A stretch of DNA of 64,000 nt from Lepidodermella squamata (lineage: Eukaryota > Animalia > Gastrotricha): contig JBLDXI010000013.1 of the NCBI GenBank assembly GCA_047495785.1, forward strand, positions 1,240,001 to 1,304,000, read 5' to 3'. Position 1 is the stretch's first letter; each line of letters begins with the position of its first letter. The notes below the pieces were generated by a model. It was not told the origin of the DNA, made no database searches, and worked only from the letters and a program-made list of their open reading frames with translations. Position numbers and translations under genes: made by a program. Shown here piece after piece: positions 1-12,109 of this stretch.

Positions 1-3000
1 AGTTGCTGGTCAGCGTCTGAGAACGAGAAAGTCGAGGCCGACAACGCGTCACCGATCGAGCGTTGCTGGGCGTTCTGGTGGTAACCGCCACCGGCTTGAG
101 ACTGGCCGCCGTACGCAGCGTAGTAATCGTTAGCCATGTTCAGCAGGTGACCCATGCCAGTATCGATCATGATTTGTTCGAGCGTCGAGCAGCGCTTGTT
201 GACCGAGTCGATCTGCTGACGAAGGGCGCCGCATTCGTCTTGCAGCTGCTTGTGCTGCATGACTTTTCGCACCAAATCGGCGCTGATCTGCTGGAAATGG
301 CGCTCGTACGTCTGGCGTTGTTCGGCCATTTCGCTGATCTGTTCGAGCAGCTGATTGCGTTCGACCTCGAGCTGGCCGATACGAGCCGTCGAAGCAGCGA
401 ATTCGGGCTGAAAACGAGGCAAGTCAAAATCAATTAACGTAAACATCGCAGTAGGAGGTTACGAAATGACGAGAAATTCGCAACGGAAGCGGGGCACTAG
501 ACGTTTAGAGAGGCATGCCCATGTTTGTACTACGCATAACGGGTGAGAGAGTAAATTTTGACCCTTTCCCGTGCCTAATGACAACATTCAACAGTCGCGC
601 GCGGGAAATCGCTACGCACCTACCTCGCCGAGTAATGAAAATAAAATAATAACAATTGTAAAATCACGTACCCTTTGCCGCTGTTGCTGCTGTAACTTCA
701 TGTTTTGCTGGCGAAGGTCGTTGTTCTCCTGCTCGAGATATGCCATACGATCGCGCATTTCGTTGATCATACCCTGAAAAGACAAAAGGGAAAACAAAAA
801 TTAACAAAATTCACATGACTTGAAAGGTAAGTGGTAAAGCGCTGCTGAAATATTTACAGCAAACACCGTCTGGGCGCAGCGAAAAACCGCCACCTTACGC
901 AAATAAGATAAGAAAACTTACGCGGTAGGCAGAAATCTCCTGCGAGTTTTGCTGCTGCTGTTGCTGTTGTTGATTGTTGAAAGACATTTGCGATTGGGAC
1001 GGTTGAACCTGACGGAAGCGTTTCAGCTCGCTCTCCATGCCGTTCATGTTGTGCTTTTGATTTTCGATTTCGACCATGCTTTGCTTAAGCATAACTTCTA
1101 CTTTCGAACGCTTTAACTTCTCCTCCTCGATTTCCTTATGCAGATTCAAATACTAGAAGAGAATAAGAGAAAAGGTTGTCAAATCACGTCTAGTTAATCC
1201 TAAAATCCTCCTACGTAAACAGAGGCGGGTTCTAGAGAACAAAAATCTATTCCGGACAACAAAGAAGAGACGGGGTTTTAAAATCAGCCTGGTAATTCGC
1301 TAAGCCGACTAAAATTGGCCGCGTACGTGTCTCTCGTAAATCTCGAAACAAAACCGGGTCGAACAAGTGTACCAATGTATTATTAATACGAGCGCAGAAA
1401 TATGATGATGTATGGAGGAATTAAAGCACGAGCCTTGTGAATGCAAACATAAAAGTACTTGGTGCTTATTATGGCTTGCGTGTGCCAGACTGGGCGTAAT
1501 GTCGAGTCGAGGCAGGCACGTTAGGACGAGGTTAGCCTATACGTAGGATACGTAGGCAGAGCCCACAGACACAAACGGGCTCCCTGCTGCTCAGCTCGCG
1601 CTGCCTCGCGAATTTGTGTTATGCAAGTGGTGGGGTGATGAAAGCGCGCACGCACGCAGCTGTAGAACTGTAAATTACCTACAACGGTCCACTTGAACCG
1701 AAGACGGCAGCGGCATGCAGCGCGTCCTTTAATCTTCGCCCCGATCGCCCTGCCACTGGGGATAGCGAGCCGTCGGTATCATTGCGCTCTCAAAAAGCCA
1801 CACCGATAAATGAAGAGGCGTTTAACAAACTACTGGTGTCACGTCAAAACACGCCGAGTTATCGCATAGCTCCTGGCGCCTGGATTCAAAATGCAGCGGG
1901 TGGTATGAGTAACAAGCAATAAACGACCGTTAGATAAGAGAGGACGATTTTTTATTAGCCGTTATTTACGCGCTTGCCTATAATAATTTTGAAATAAATG
2001 GGACAGTTGTGAGTTGCGCACACAGTTTTTACTGCAAAATGATGATGATGAGGGCTGGGCCGAAAATTAGCTGCGTGCAACAGTTGCACAGTGGCCGCAC
2101 AAATGCGCAATTATCCGCGACTTGCGCGATGCGTGCCTTTTGTCAGCCTGAAACTATTCAATGACGCAAACGTTAGCACGCACGCATGATTTCAAAAATT
2201 TTGCAACGGTTTTGCAGACGATGTGTGTCGCTCAATTACCAAAATCAAGTAGCTGGTAGGCTATGTATGAATGAATACAATAGACACAAACCCTAACTTG
2301 TTTGCCATCGGCGCAAAGTCGGGCGGCGGCGTGGTGATGAAGGCTCGACGACGGCGTCGGTGTTGCGCTGGTGATTGTCGGCAGACTTTCGCAGCTATCG
2401 ACGAAGTGCATCGACGAGTCGGTGCTGTTAACGTAGTTGCAACTGTCGCTCGAGGTTATCAATTCATCGAAAATGATTGACGACGAGCCGGAAGATGACG
2501 ACGAGGAAATTTTCTCTAAGAATTGGTTCTTGCTATGCCAAATCATGTTGTTAGGCGAGCTGAGTGATAATTATAACTCGGGAAGCGATAAAAATCGAAT
2601 GAGTGTGTCTAGACTGGTCGAATGAGTCGCGACACCAATCTGGGGCCCTGGCTTGGATTTTGCGAGCTTGCCGACACACCCGTCACCCACTTGGCAAATA
2701 CTTGAAAATCACTAGAGTGCGCCGAAAAACGCTTTTCGCAGGAAGTTGATCACACGCGCGCAGCCATGTGCTAGGCGGTATCGCGCGCAGATTAAACGCG
2801 GGCTGGTTAAATCCTTTGCGACAGCGATAAAGGGCGGATACATGGCTAAACGGTGGTACTCGAAGATAAAGACACCAGCGACGCCAGATGCCGATGCCAC
2901 CACGCTGCAGCCACCAGCTGCGATGGCTTTTGAACGTTTTCGGCGTGGAATTTTTAAACACCCCACATGACGTCGCGGCAAAGGCACGTGCCGCGCTCGC

Positions 3001-5083
3001 ATAGATAAGACACAACACCAGTAGCAGGGTAAAGGTAGGTGCTAAATGGGTATCACAAATCATAACACTCATACTAGTAACGGGTAACGGCGGCGCGATA
3101 AAATTAATTATTTACACAGACTGAAATTTAGAACACTCGAGTCTCACCTCCATTTCGATGCGCTCCTTCTCCGCTAACCGGCCTTGTAACATACGGACGC
3201 GATTCTTCAGCTCCTGATTCTCGTACTCGGCCGCATCTAGTAGAGTTTTCATTTCGTAGATAGCGAATGGCTCTGCTTCCTGTAACAAAAAATAAATTTG
3301 AATTAATGAGTAGGGCATAACCTCAATTAAAAAAAATTAAAAATTGACGATAAGGGCATTAATTTCGGACGGCATTTTTTGGTGGCTAATCAGGAGGTAT
3401 TACTCACCGTACAACAGCTTTTAAATTCAGCAAATTTAACGGTTTTACGTTTCTGAACGCGTTTCATTTCGCGCTTCATTTGACCAGAAAATCGAAAGAA
3501 AAAACGACAAACTAATCGCACTGGCCGACTTCGAATGAGCCAGTTAAAAATGCGCGTCCGAAATTACGGCCCTTCCACTCATGAGAACAATAGTGAATGA
3601 GAAAAACGAAATGCTAGAGTGAGCTATTGATGACTAGAAAGTGCGCCACTAGGTGCTCAAAACACGCCGAACGTAATTAAAAAAAATCAGCAATATAATT
3701 ATTATTATTACGGTCGATCCAATCTTGCATAGCCGAGACGACGCTTCGAATACTTGCTGCTTCATTTTTCTATTCTAATATTATCGAAAACCAAATTACG
3801 GTCAATTCTATTCGGCTATGGGAGCTATTTATGAGTTTTTCGAAAAGGGCCTAGAAGCTTACCGAGAGGATGAGATCATCACCGCCATCAGATAGAGCTA
3901 CGTATTGCCGACAGGCGGATCGCGACCGTCTCATTAACGAGGAGGATTCGTCGCTCGACGACACATACCCGCCTGTTCGATGGCTGGTCATCGCGGCGCG
4001 TGACAAGCGTTGATTTTGCGACATCTGAGAACGCGCTAAATCGCGCGACAGTCCCGCGATAACACGGCCCGTATCACTTGCCGAAGATGTTTTGCGGCTA
4101 ATCGTCGACGACGCTCCTTGCTGATTTTGCTGATGTTGCTGAAGATGATGATGATAGCTAACTGCTTTTGGCGTCGCTTGTTGCTGCTGATTTGCAGTCA
4201 GCGTGGCAGTCGTTGAATTTGAATTGTCGGTCTGCGTTTGATCTGAGGTCGATGCGACCGACGTCGGCGAGTTTATAACACCAGGGCCGTATTGGTGCAG
4301 CATTTCAGCAGCTGTTTGTGTAATAAAATCGCTACCGCTCGCTGTCGACGATACGGTCGAGGAAATGATGGCAAAATCATCACCATTTGTAATATTCAAC
4401 TGGTAATTATTATTTGACGGCGACGTATCATTGTACAACTGAGGGGCTGTATTGTCGGTCATATAAGGCGTAGCTTTCGGCAAATCGAAGCGCAGCTTCC
4501 TATTCGAGGAGGTGAAAGGCGAGGAAAGAAATTTTTTCACTCGATTCATTATAATAATAAAATATTAATAATATGAAGGCGAGGAATTTTATTAGCAATT
4601 TTGTGTCTTTTTGTGCGTCGTTTATAAAAGCCGCACTTGGGACGACATTATCATAAGTCGGAAAAAGTGTGTCTGAAAATAGACTCACAATTCCTCTCCT
4701 TGGGGATTTTTAATGCGGAAAAACAAACATTGACGTATCATCAAATGAAATAATATACTCTGGATGAAATTATAGAAACTGCGCTTATAAGGTGTCACGA
4801 CTTACTTTTTAACTCCGGGCTTTCCAAGGGTGCCGGATGTTCCACCACTGCTCGTCATAGCTGTTTTGTTAATTGAGCTAAGCGGCGTTGTCTGCTGCGG
4901 ATTAGCCATTGAGACATTTGACGTTGCACCAAAACCGCCGGGGTGTGATTTCGATGAGGATAGCTGCGCGTTTTTTGCCCCCGCCGTAGGATCCCGAGGC
5001 GACGTCGCCGATAAATTAGCGCTATTGTTATTGTTGTTAGGCATTTTTGCTGCGCGTCTACTGCCACAGCATGCGCCTATCAT
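1..5083 (-). CDS. NCKAP5: NCKAP5/NCKAP5L-like coiled-coil protein (3' part lies outside the window)
   Basis: Phase-compatible GT-AG exons 5083-4806, 4499-3863, 3279-3148, 1152-922, 773-672 and 407-<1. The last exon reads LEVERNQLLEQISEMAEQRQTYERHFQQISADLVRKVMQHKQLQDEC, resembling the conserved NCKAP5/5L motif QRETYERCLDEVANHVVQALLNQKDLREEC (from memory). The start exon is uncertain; other ATG exons begin at 4549 and 2546. Confidence 0.6.
2298..2546 (-). CDS. Candidate alternative first coding exon of the NCKAP5-like gene
   Basis: ATG at 2546, 83 Ser-rich codons, ending CAA|gttagg in phase 0, compatible with the phase-0 acceptor at 1152. Confidence 0.45.
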
Positions 5084-8000
5084 AATTTTTGGCGACGATT
5101 TTGAATCGTCCGATGAATCACCGTTGGCAGCTGCTGCTGGAGGCGGAGGGTGGCCGTAGCTGGTGTAGTAACCCGATGTGCTGTTGCTGTCATCAATTAT
5201 CGCGGAATTCGATTCTGAACTGGAGCCGGCCGGCGGCGAAACGACTTGCGGGTACAATGTCCTGTGACTGTTGTTGTACGATGCCGTTTTTTAGCTTGTT
5301 CTGGATGAAAAATTATTGTTTATCGAAGATCTTTCTCTCTATCGGGCAACGGACAACGGGCGAGTGCCCTCGTCAAATTTGCGGCCGAAATAGCAGTGGT
5401 AGTTGCAGCAGCGGCGATGCGATGATAACAAATGACAATGTAATGACGACTGTAGATAATTGATGGCCGTTTTTACACGCCCCGTTTTACGCGCGTAATT
5501 TCTACGACCAACCACGCTGCTGCAACAGCAGACCAAAAGAAGAGCGAACCGGCATCGGAAAGTCGTCAACAAGCGCAGTCGTAGATGAGTGATGATTATT
5601 TTATTATCCAGCGCAGAAACAGCTAAGTCCCTACGATGACAATAGTAATAAACTAAAAAATACTAATAAAAAAGGGACCCGCACTTTTATTGCTTACCAA
5701 ACATTTCTCGCGCCATCTTGTGTCCATGCTGATGTAATTTCCTATAAATAAAGCTACATTAATATTATTTTCATCTCATCATAAACATCAGATAAAAATG
5801 GCCTGAGAACGATTCGGAATTTTTGCGTAATATTATATTGATTTTTTAGCGCGTTCAAAAATCCCCCATTTCTATTGACAACGGAAATCGGGGCGGCGAT
5901 GAGCCACGATTGAATCGCCCATCAAATACCGCGTGTGCGTGATAATCGTTATAGGAAGGAAGAAAAAATCGGCGCGATGGTAATAAAACACGCCATCGGC
6001 TGCCTTCCGCCAAAACGATTGATGCGATGTGACAGCCCCGCGCGTTGACGCAATTTTTATTGTTTTATTAGTATTATTATTTTAGGCTCTACCTCGTCGC
6101 TTCTTGTCACAGGCGCGCGTGTGCGAAATATCTGCTGTCGATGCGCTGGCTCGATGATATGTGGCGCTAGAAATATAATAATGCAGTTACAGCAGCAGAA
6201 TATAATTTCATCACGGCCCATCCGCGATAAATAAAATAGCATCGTCTCGAAGAATAATGTAATAATAACGTAATTATTATTATATCCACAGCATTTACGA
6301 ACGTCGTCTCTACCAGTAGCTCGCGTAATAACGCGTGAAAACGCGGCGTGATTTTGAAAGTTGCAATTTGGCTGTGCGCAGTGAGGAGGGACATGAAGTG
6401 AAGGAAGCGCCGCGTTAGTGTCACACTTTGACTGGTTATATTGCGCGATATAATTTTGACAAAATTTCATTAGCCACTCCTTCAAGTTGTTGACGACGGC
6501 GACGACGATGATGCTACAGCGGAACTGACAATGGCGAAAAATCATTGACCGGCAGAGCAATTTTAGAATATTTGGTAATGCGATCGCATTATTCCATTAT
6601 TTCGTTTAATGGAACTTTTTTGAAATATACGAATAAAAGGCGAGAAATCCAGGCATACGTTATTAAAATCTTCTAAAAAATGGAACGTCTATTCACTGAC
6701 TGATATATCAAATTAACTTGCGACTTGGGTTTTGGATATTCCAGCAGAGCCTATTCTAGGTAAAAATTGTATAGATTTGATATCCCAGTTTCGATATAAA
6801 ACCCATCTCCTTACTGTCGGATAAGAAAACTTCGGCCTACTTTCTAGCCAGCCGCTGAATTGCCACAATAAATTCTGCGGTATCCCGAAGATTCCTTTGA
6901 CCTTCGGAAAGTGTACAAAATTATCTAACAATCTAGCAACCAACTGCTGATGTGGCAATAAACAAAAGAGTGAATTCGACCGTTTTACGCTAGCATAGCT
7001 TTCTACTTAAACTACCCGCGGCCATTCCTATATAAGGTAAATGTTGTCGCTAAATAATATCACACCTGTTACTTGAATTTATATCTTTTTATTGGAAAAG
7101 TTAGTGCATTTTTGAAAATAATCGTTCGATATTACACGAAAGCAAAGCGGTAAAAAGTAAATTTTGTAGTGGAGACATGAGTTCTAAAAAAATTACACAT
7201 ATTTTGGAATATTGGTTTCCAGCTTCAACATTTACAGCTACTCCGATGAAAAAAAGCATATCCCAATACACCTTTTAATTTTCGAATGATTTTCGACCCA
7301 TACAACAGATTCCGATGGAGAGCCATGTTTCGAGACTGGAATTCGAATATATAATCAACCATTGTGTTATCTGATCTCATGCATAATAAAATATGTAGCC
7401 ATGAAGCTGTAGCCATGGATCTATGGATGTGGCGCTTCGGAAAATATTCTCTAATCAAATTTAGCGACCCAGGAGCACCAGTTTAATACGAGCAGAGGAC
7501 ATCCAGAGGGAAAAAATTATATTAAATATGCATAAAAATTAACCAACATAAAATATTGCAAGCCGTAGATTATCAAAATAGTTTCGGTAACTCTATTGGT
7601 CAGTGTAAAAATGGCAAAGCTTTGCTTCGGGCATCGATTGCCAAATAAATCCCGTAGGCATTATACTATAGGTTATCACTGCACTCAATTTTTCGGAGTA
7701 AAGCGATTGAATTCAAGGAGCTTGGGCGATTCAAAATTAGAAACATACGCATTGCGTTTTATCAAATAATACATATCAATGATTCTATCAAGTTTTCCTC
7801 TTGGTAATTTCCGCTTAATAATAGCAAGTATCAGGTAAAAGGGAAGTTCTGATGGGTACATTTTTGTACTGTCGATTAAATACATTAGCTTATATCCAGG
7901 TTAAAATATGGACATGAACTAAAATTCGAATCAAGTATTTATGCTGATATCAGTTATATACTCTATATACTAAAGATTGATTAGTTTTGGAAATAATTCA

Positions 8001-8636
8001 TATTCCTGAACAAGGATTGTTATCAGCAAACAGTAGAAACACAATTCATTGAACTGTCCTGTTTAATTTATTGCCAAAATTTGCGGCGAATGGAGGCGAA
8101 TATATCATAAATTTCCACGCGAAGCTAGCTAATCACAGCTTTGAGCAAAATTATGACCGGGCGTTAATAATTTATTAATTCTGCATATGCGCAGCTGCAT
8201 GTGCGATACACCTATGCATGTGGAATCAATAAAAGCCATTCTGATGACCAATAGTTATTTTGTTTTTCTGTCACTAACTTGACTCTGCTCGTTAATTGTT
8301 TTTCGTTCTATGAAATAGTTGCCGCGCAGAATCAAGAGGCGTAATACCTCCCCGAGTAAGGCATTCAAGAACCCGGTAAAATTGTACTCGCCATTTTTAG
8401 GACACACGCTGAAAAATAATAATTATACGCCGCTCATATAGCGCGGGTGAGACAAAAGATGGCGATGTGTCGCGGTGAGAGCCAAACGCGCGATAATGAA
8501 AGATGACGGCTACTGACTCTCCAAGAACTCATGAAGTTGTTGCGCCAAACGCAGTTGCAAACTGATTGTAACAAAAATAAGCCGGGGTTGATGAAGAACT
8601 ACAACATCATTGCTGCTTTTTCGTTGACGACGAAAG

Positions 8637-9604
8637 ATGCCCGTTTCAGTCACAGTGAAATGGGTTGTAGCTGGTGTAGTTTTTCTGATCACTTTGACTT
8701 TTCTTGTCGCATTGCTGCTGATTTCACTTGACTGGAATTTATCTCTAAGTATACATCACAAATTTGAAGTCACCATGTCTACGAAGTCGAAACCGTCCGT
8801 TGCTATTCTGGTGCTGGCGACGGGCAGTTATTACAAGCTTTACGTTAAATCTCTGATCAAATCAGCGAAGAAATACTTTTGCAGATCTTGCTCGGTAAGA
8901 GGAATTCGAAAATTCCGGCGACTACATTGCGTTTTTACTTTTAGGTACGATACTTTGTGTTCACGGATTCCAAAGAGATCCATCTTTGGCACGACGTGAC
9001 GCATCTTAACCAGTCACATCTCACATGGCCATTCGAATCGCTGGCTCGCTTCGCGATTTACAAACGTTTCTACAAATATTATCAAGTAATTTTGAAAAAA
9101 TGCTGATATTCACTTCATAGCGATCTTATTGATCTCTAGAACTTTGACTTTATCATCTCAATCGATGCTGACATGGAATTCGTCGACGCAGTGGGCAGCG
9201 AAATGTTGGCAGAAAGACTCGGAGTTCTTCATCCCGGCTTTGGATCGCTGCGAGGTTCTTACGAAGAAGTCAATCAAGATTCTGAATCTTTTGTGAAACC
9301 TTTCGAAGGTTCACAATACTTCACCAGCAAAGTTTGGGGAGCTTCGAATGACAGTTTCTTCCATTTGATCAACAAACTTTCAGAATCGGTTTCTTTCGAC
9401 CTAAGCAGAGGCGTTGTACCTCTCTGGCTGGATGAATCCTACATCAATCGGTATTTCATCGACAATCCGCCGTCAACTATACTTCACCCAACCTATGCTG
9501 CTTTTCAAAAATCGAACGAAAAGATCCAGAAAATAGTTGCTCAGAGACACAAAGAGTCGCACATGTTGACAGCATTGAGCCACCTTGAAAATATTGCCTC
9601 TTGA
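8637..9604 (+). CDS. Glycosyltransferase family 6 (ABO / alpha-1,3-Gal(NAc) transferase-like), type II membrane protein
   Basis: Exons 8637-8894, 8945-9085 and 9140-9604 (introns 50 and 54 nt). N-terminal TM anchor; GT6 motifs ILVLATGSY, AKKYF, YFVFTD, WP..SLAR, DxD motif IDADMEF, LHPGF and WLDESYINRYF. Confidence 0.9.
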
Positions 9605-9680
9605 ACATCTTGTAAACGAAAGAGTAAATAAATCATGCAAGGTTATCATTTGCAGACTTCGCTATTCGCCAGTTGCTGGA

Positions 9681-11349
9681 ATGTTCAGCGTATTGTTACT
9701 TTTAATAGCCCTATCGCTTTTGAGCCAGAGTTATGCCAACTCTTCAGCGGTCAATTATCGGTGCTTGGTAAGCGATGAAACTCTGGTGATCGAGCAGGAC
9801 GGCAGTGGTAACGAAAATCGGGAATGGTTCATTGCCAGTGACAATTCAAGGAAATGTCTCTCTCTCGAACCAAGCCCCCTGAGGACAAGCAATAGTTTTC
9901 AATTGATGGCACATGATGGATTTCGAAAAGACGCGGTGCCGTTGCTTTCTCTTGATAACTCAAAAACAAATACGAACGTATCAAAATTCATTTTGCCCGA
10001 TGTAATTTACCTGAATGTGACTGGAAAATGGCCGAAAATAAGAATATCTTCGGTTTATTGCCCGAACCGTAAAATAAGCCCTAAAGAAACAACTTGCCTT
10101 GTCTATCGTCACGTTTATTCAATCAAATATCCATCGCGGTCATTCTATAAGCCGAACACCGAACGCGAGTGGTATTTCATTGGGCCATCAGATTTGTGCA
10201 TCTCGTTGGAATTCTTAGGTATTCCCGCTATTTTCGCTTAAAGTTAATGATTTGGATTCTTCTTATTAGCGCTGGACACAGAGCGAAGTCACTCTTGTAC
10301 CAAGGACTACATCCGCATACTCGATGATTTTGGTTTGGGACGGCTGGAAAATATTTGTGGATCGGATGTTGATAAAAAGTTCACAAGCAGTTCAAACTCA
10401 TTAGGAATCGTATTTCGGAGTGATGGCTCCAATATTGGCAATCGGCGATACAAAGGTTTCACCGCTCGAATCCAGGTTACCCCTTGCCTCGAACCGTCTA
10501 AAATTTGCGAACCTCCGCAGGGATTCAATCTGCCTGAGAGGCTTCCGTTCATGGAGGGCTTGCTCCAATCAGCACCCGAGTTAACTGCCTCGTGGCCGTG
10601 GTTAGCTTCAATCCGTACCGGGTAATTGCTTCCTTTCTGCCTGGAAGTGTGTGGAACTTTTTCGAATATTTTACAGATATCAACATGTTTGTGGTGCATC
10701 ACTTGTAGCACCGGGTTACCTCTTAACAGCAGCTCATTGTTTCGATGGTGATCGAGATCCTACCTCTTACGAAGCATTTTTTATTGATTCTGATGCTGAG
10801 GAGGCGACTATTATTGAGGAGATAATTTTACATCCGAATTATCAGTTGAATGAATCAACTCCATTCGATAGCGACTTGGCTTTATTGCGCCTCAGCAACT
10901 CTAATCGTGATCGACCTGTATGTCTCCAACAAACTGAGGTCAGCACAGAAGTGAGATGTTTTGTTGTTGGCTTCGACCCCATGCAAGCTAGACTAACAAA
11001 GCAAATCGAAGTCCCAATCATACCTCTCTTGCAATGCTCCGCGGTAAATGAAAATCTCAAGGTTAGCTTGAAGTACTGATTTTAGTTAGATAATTTGAGC
11101 TGAATTTACATTATTTAGCCTCATTTGACTGAAAACATGATCTGTGGTGGGAATTTCGACGGCGGATCGGACTCGTGTCAAGGCGATTCCGGTTCTCCTC
11201 TCATTTGTTTTAGCAAGACCGATAACAAACTAACGCAAACTGGCATTGTTTCGTTTGGAATCGACTGTGGTCGACCACAATCACCGGGCGTCTACACCAA
11301 AATCGCTGCTTTTCATGAATGGATACAAAAAACTATCTCGCGTGAATAA
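9681..11349 (+). CDS. Secreted CUB-domain trypsin-like serine protease (S1A)
   Basis: Exons 9681-10218, 10270-10621, 10677-11061 and 11119-11349. Signal peptide MFSVLLLLIALSLLSQSYA; CUB motifs SCTKDYIRI, ICG, FRSDGS and KGFTA; catalytic triad TAAHC / DSDLALL / GDSGSP; Asp in the S1 pocket (DSCQ). Confidence 0.9.
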
Positions 11350-12109
11350 AAAAATTCAATTGCCTCATCATTCCGAGCAATTTTGGTAACTCTAGGCCGA
11401 CCACGCTCACTCTGATCACCCGATGAAAATGAAATAGCTACGGAGAAAAAATCGCGTCCTTAGCTGATCTCCGAAGTGTCTTTACAATCGCGGAATATTC
11501 TCATATTATGTTTACAAGAAAAATATTTACGACCGCTCAATGCTGGCGGGTGAAATAGCGTAGATGCCCCTCAGGCTGGATTAGCTGGAAAACGCTTTTC
11601 AACTGTTCAGCCATGATTTCTCCGTAGTTTGACAAAAATATTAATTCCATTATTGTTTGCCGACACAAAAGACATCGAACATGGCTCGGAAATTTTCTTG
11701 CGTTTTATTTCGAGCAAGGCTTTGAAAAATAACAAGTACATCACTATGGCTCAGTGATTATTTTCTGTTATCTTATACATTTCTGTACCAGTAAATAAAA
11801 AATCACATGTAGGCGTGGCGATTCACACAAAAGCGATATGTGTGCATTGCTATAGAAGCATGGTACACAACAGCAAGCACTGATGAGAAATTTATAGCAA
11901 TCTTCAAAGCTTGCGCGAACAACATTGATACTGGAATCAAATTAGCAAGGATATCAATTTCACAATTTATTATTACATCAAGACGGACAAAAGATGTCGG
12001 ATCACACTATTCGCTTTCAAATAATAAGCGACGTTTTTTATTGTTTTGGTTTTTATAACAAAAGTTATATAGATTTACGAATTTCCTGTGAACGCGGTAA
12101 TCAACTAAA

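Noticed and set aside
63-437. + strand 124-aa ORF and other antisense ORFs over real genes (e.g. 22920-23372, 24170-24661, 37692-38042, 62709-63146)
   Set aside because: They are shadows of codon-biased coding exons on the opposite strand and have no motifs.
2683-3072. Minus-strand ORF with a signal-peptide-like start inside the NCKAP5-like intron
   Set aside because: No good phase-compatible donor and no recognisable domain.
6700-8050. AT-rich stretch with short broken minus-strand ORFs, possibly a decayed element
   Set aside because: No transposase motif, TIR or LTR that I can support.
11438-11628. 11-bp inverted repeat ctacggagaaa / tttctccgtag enclosing about 170 nt
   Set aside because: Too short to call; no RNase P/MRP, telomerase or snoRNA motifs were recognised.
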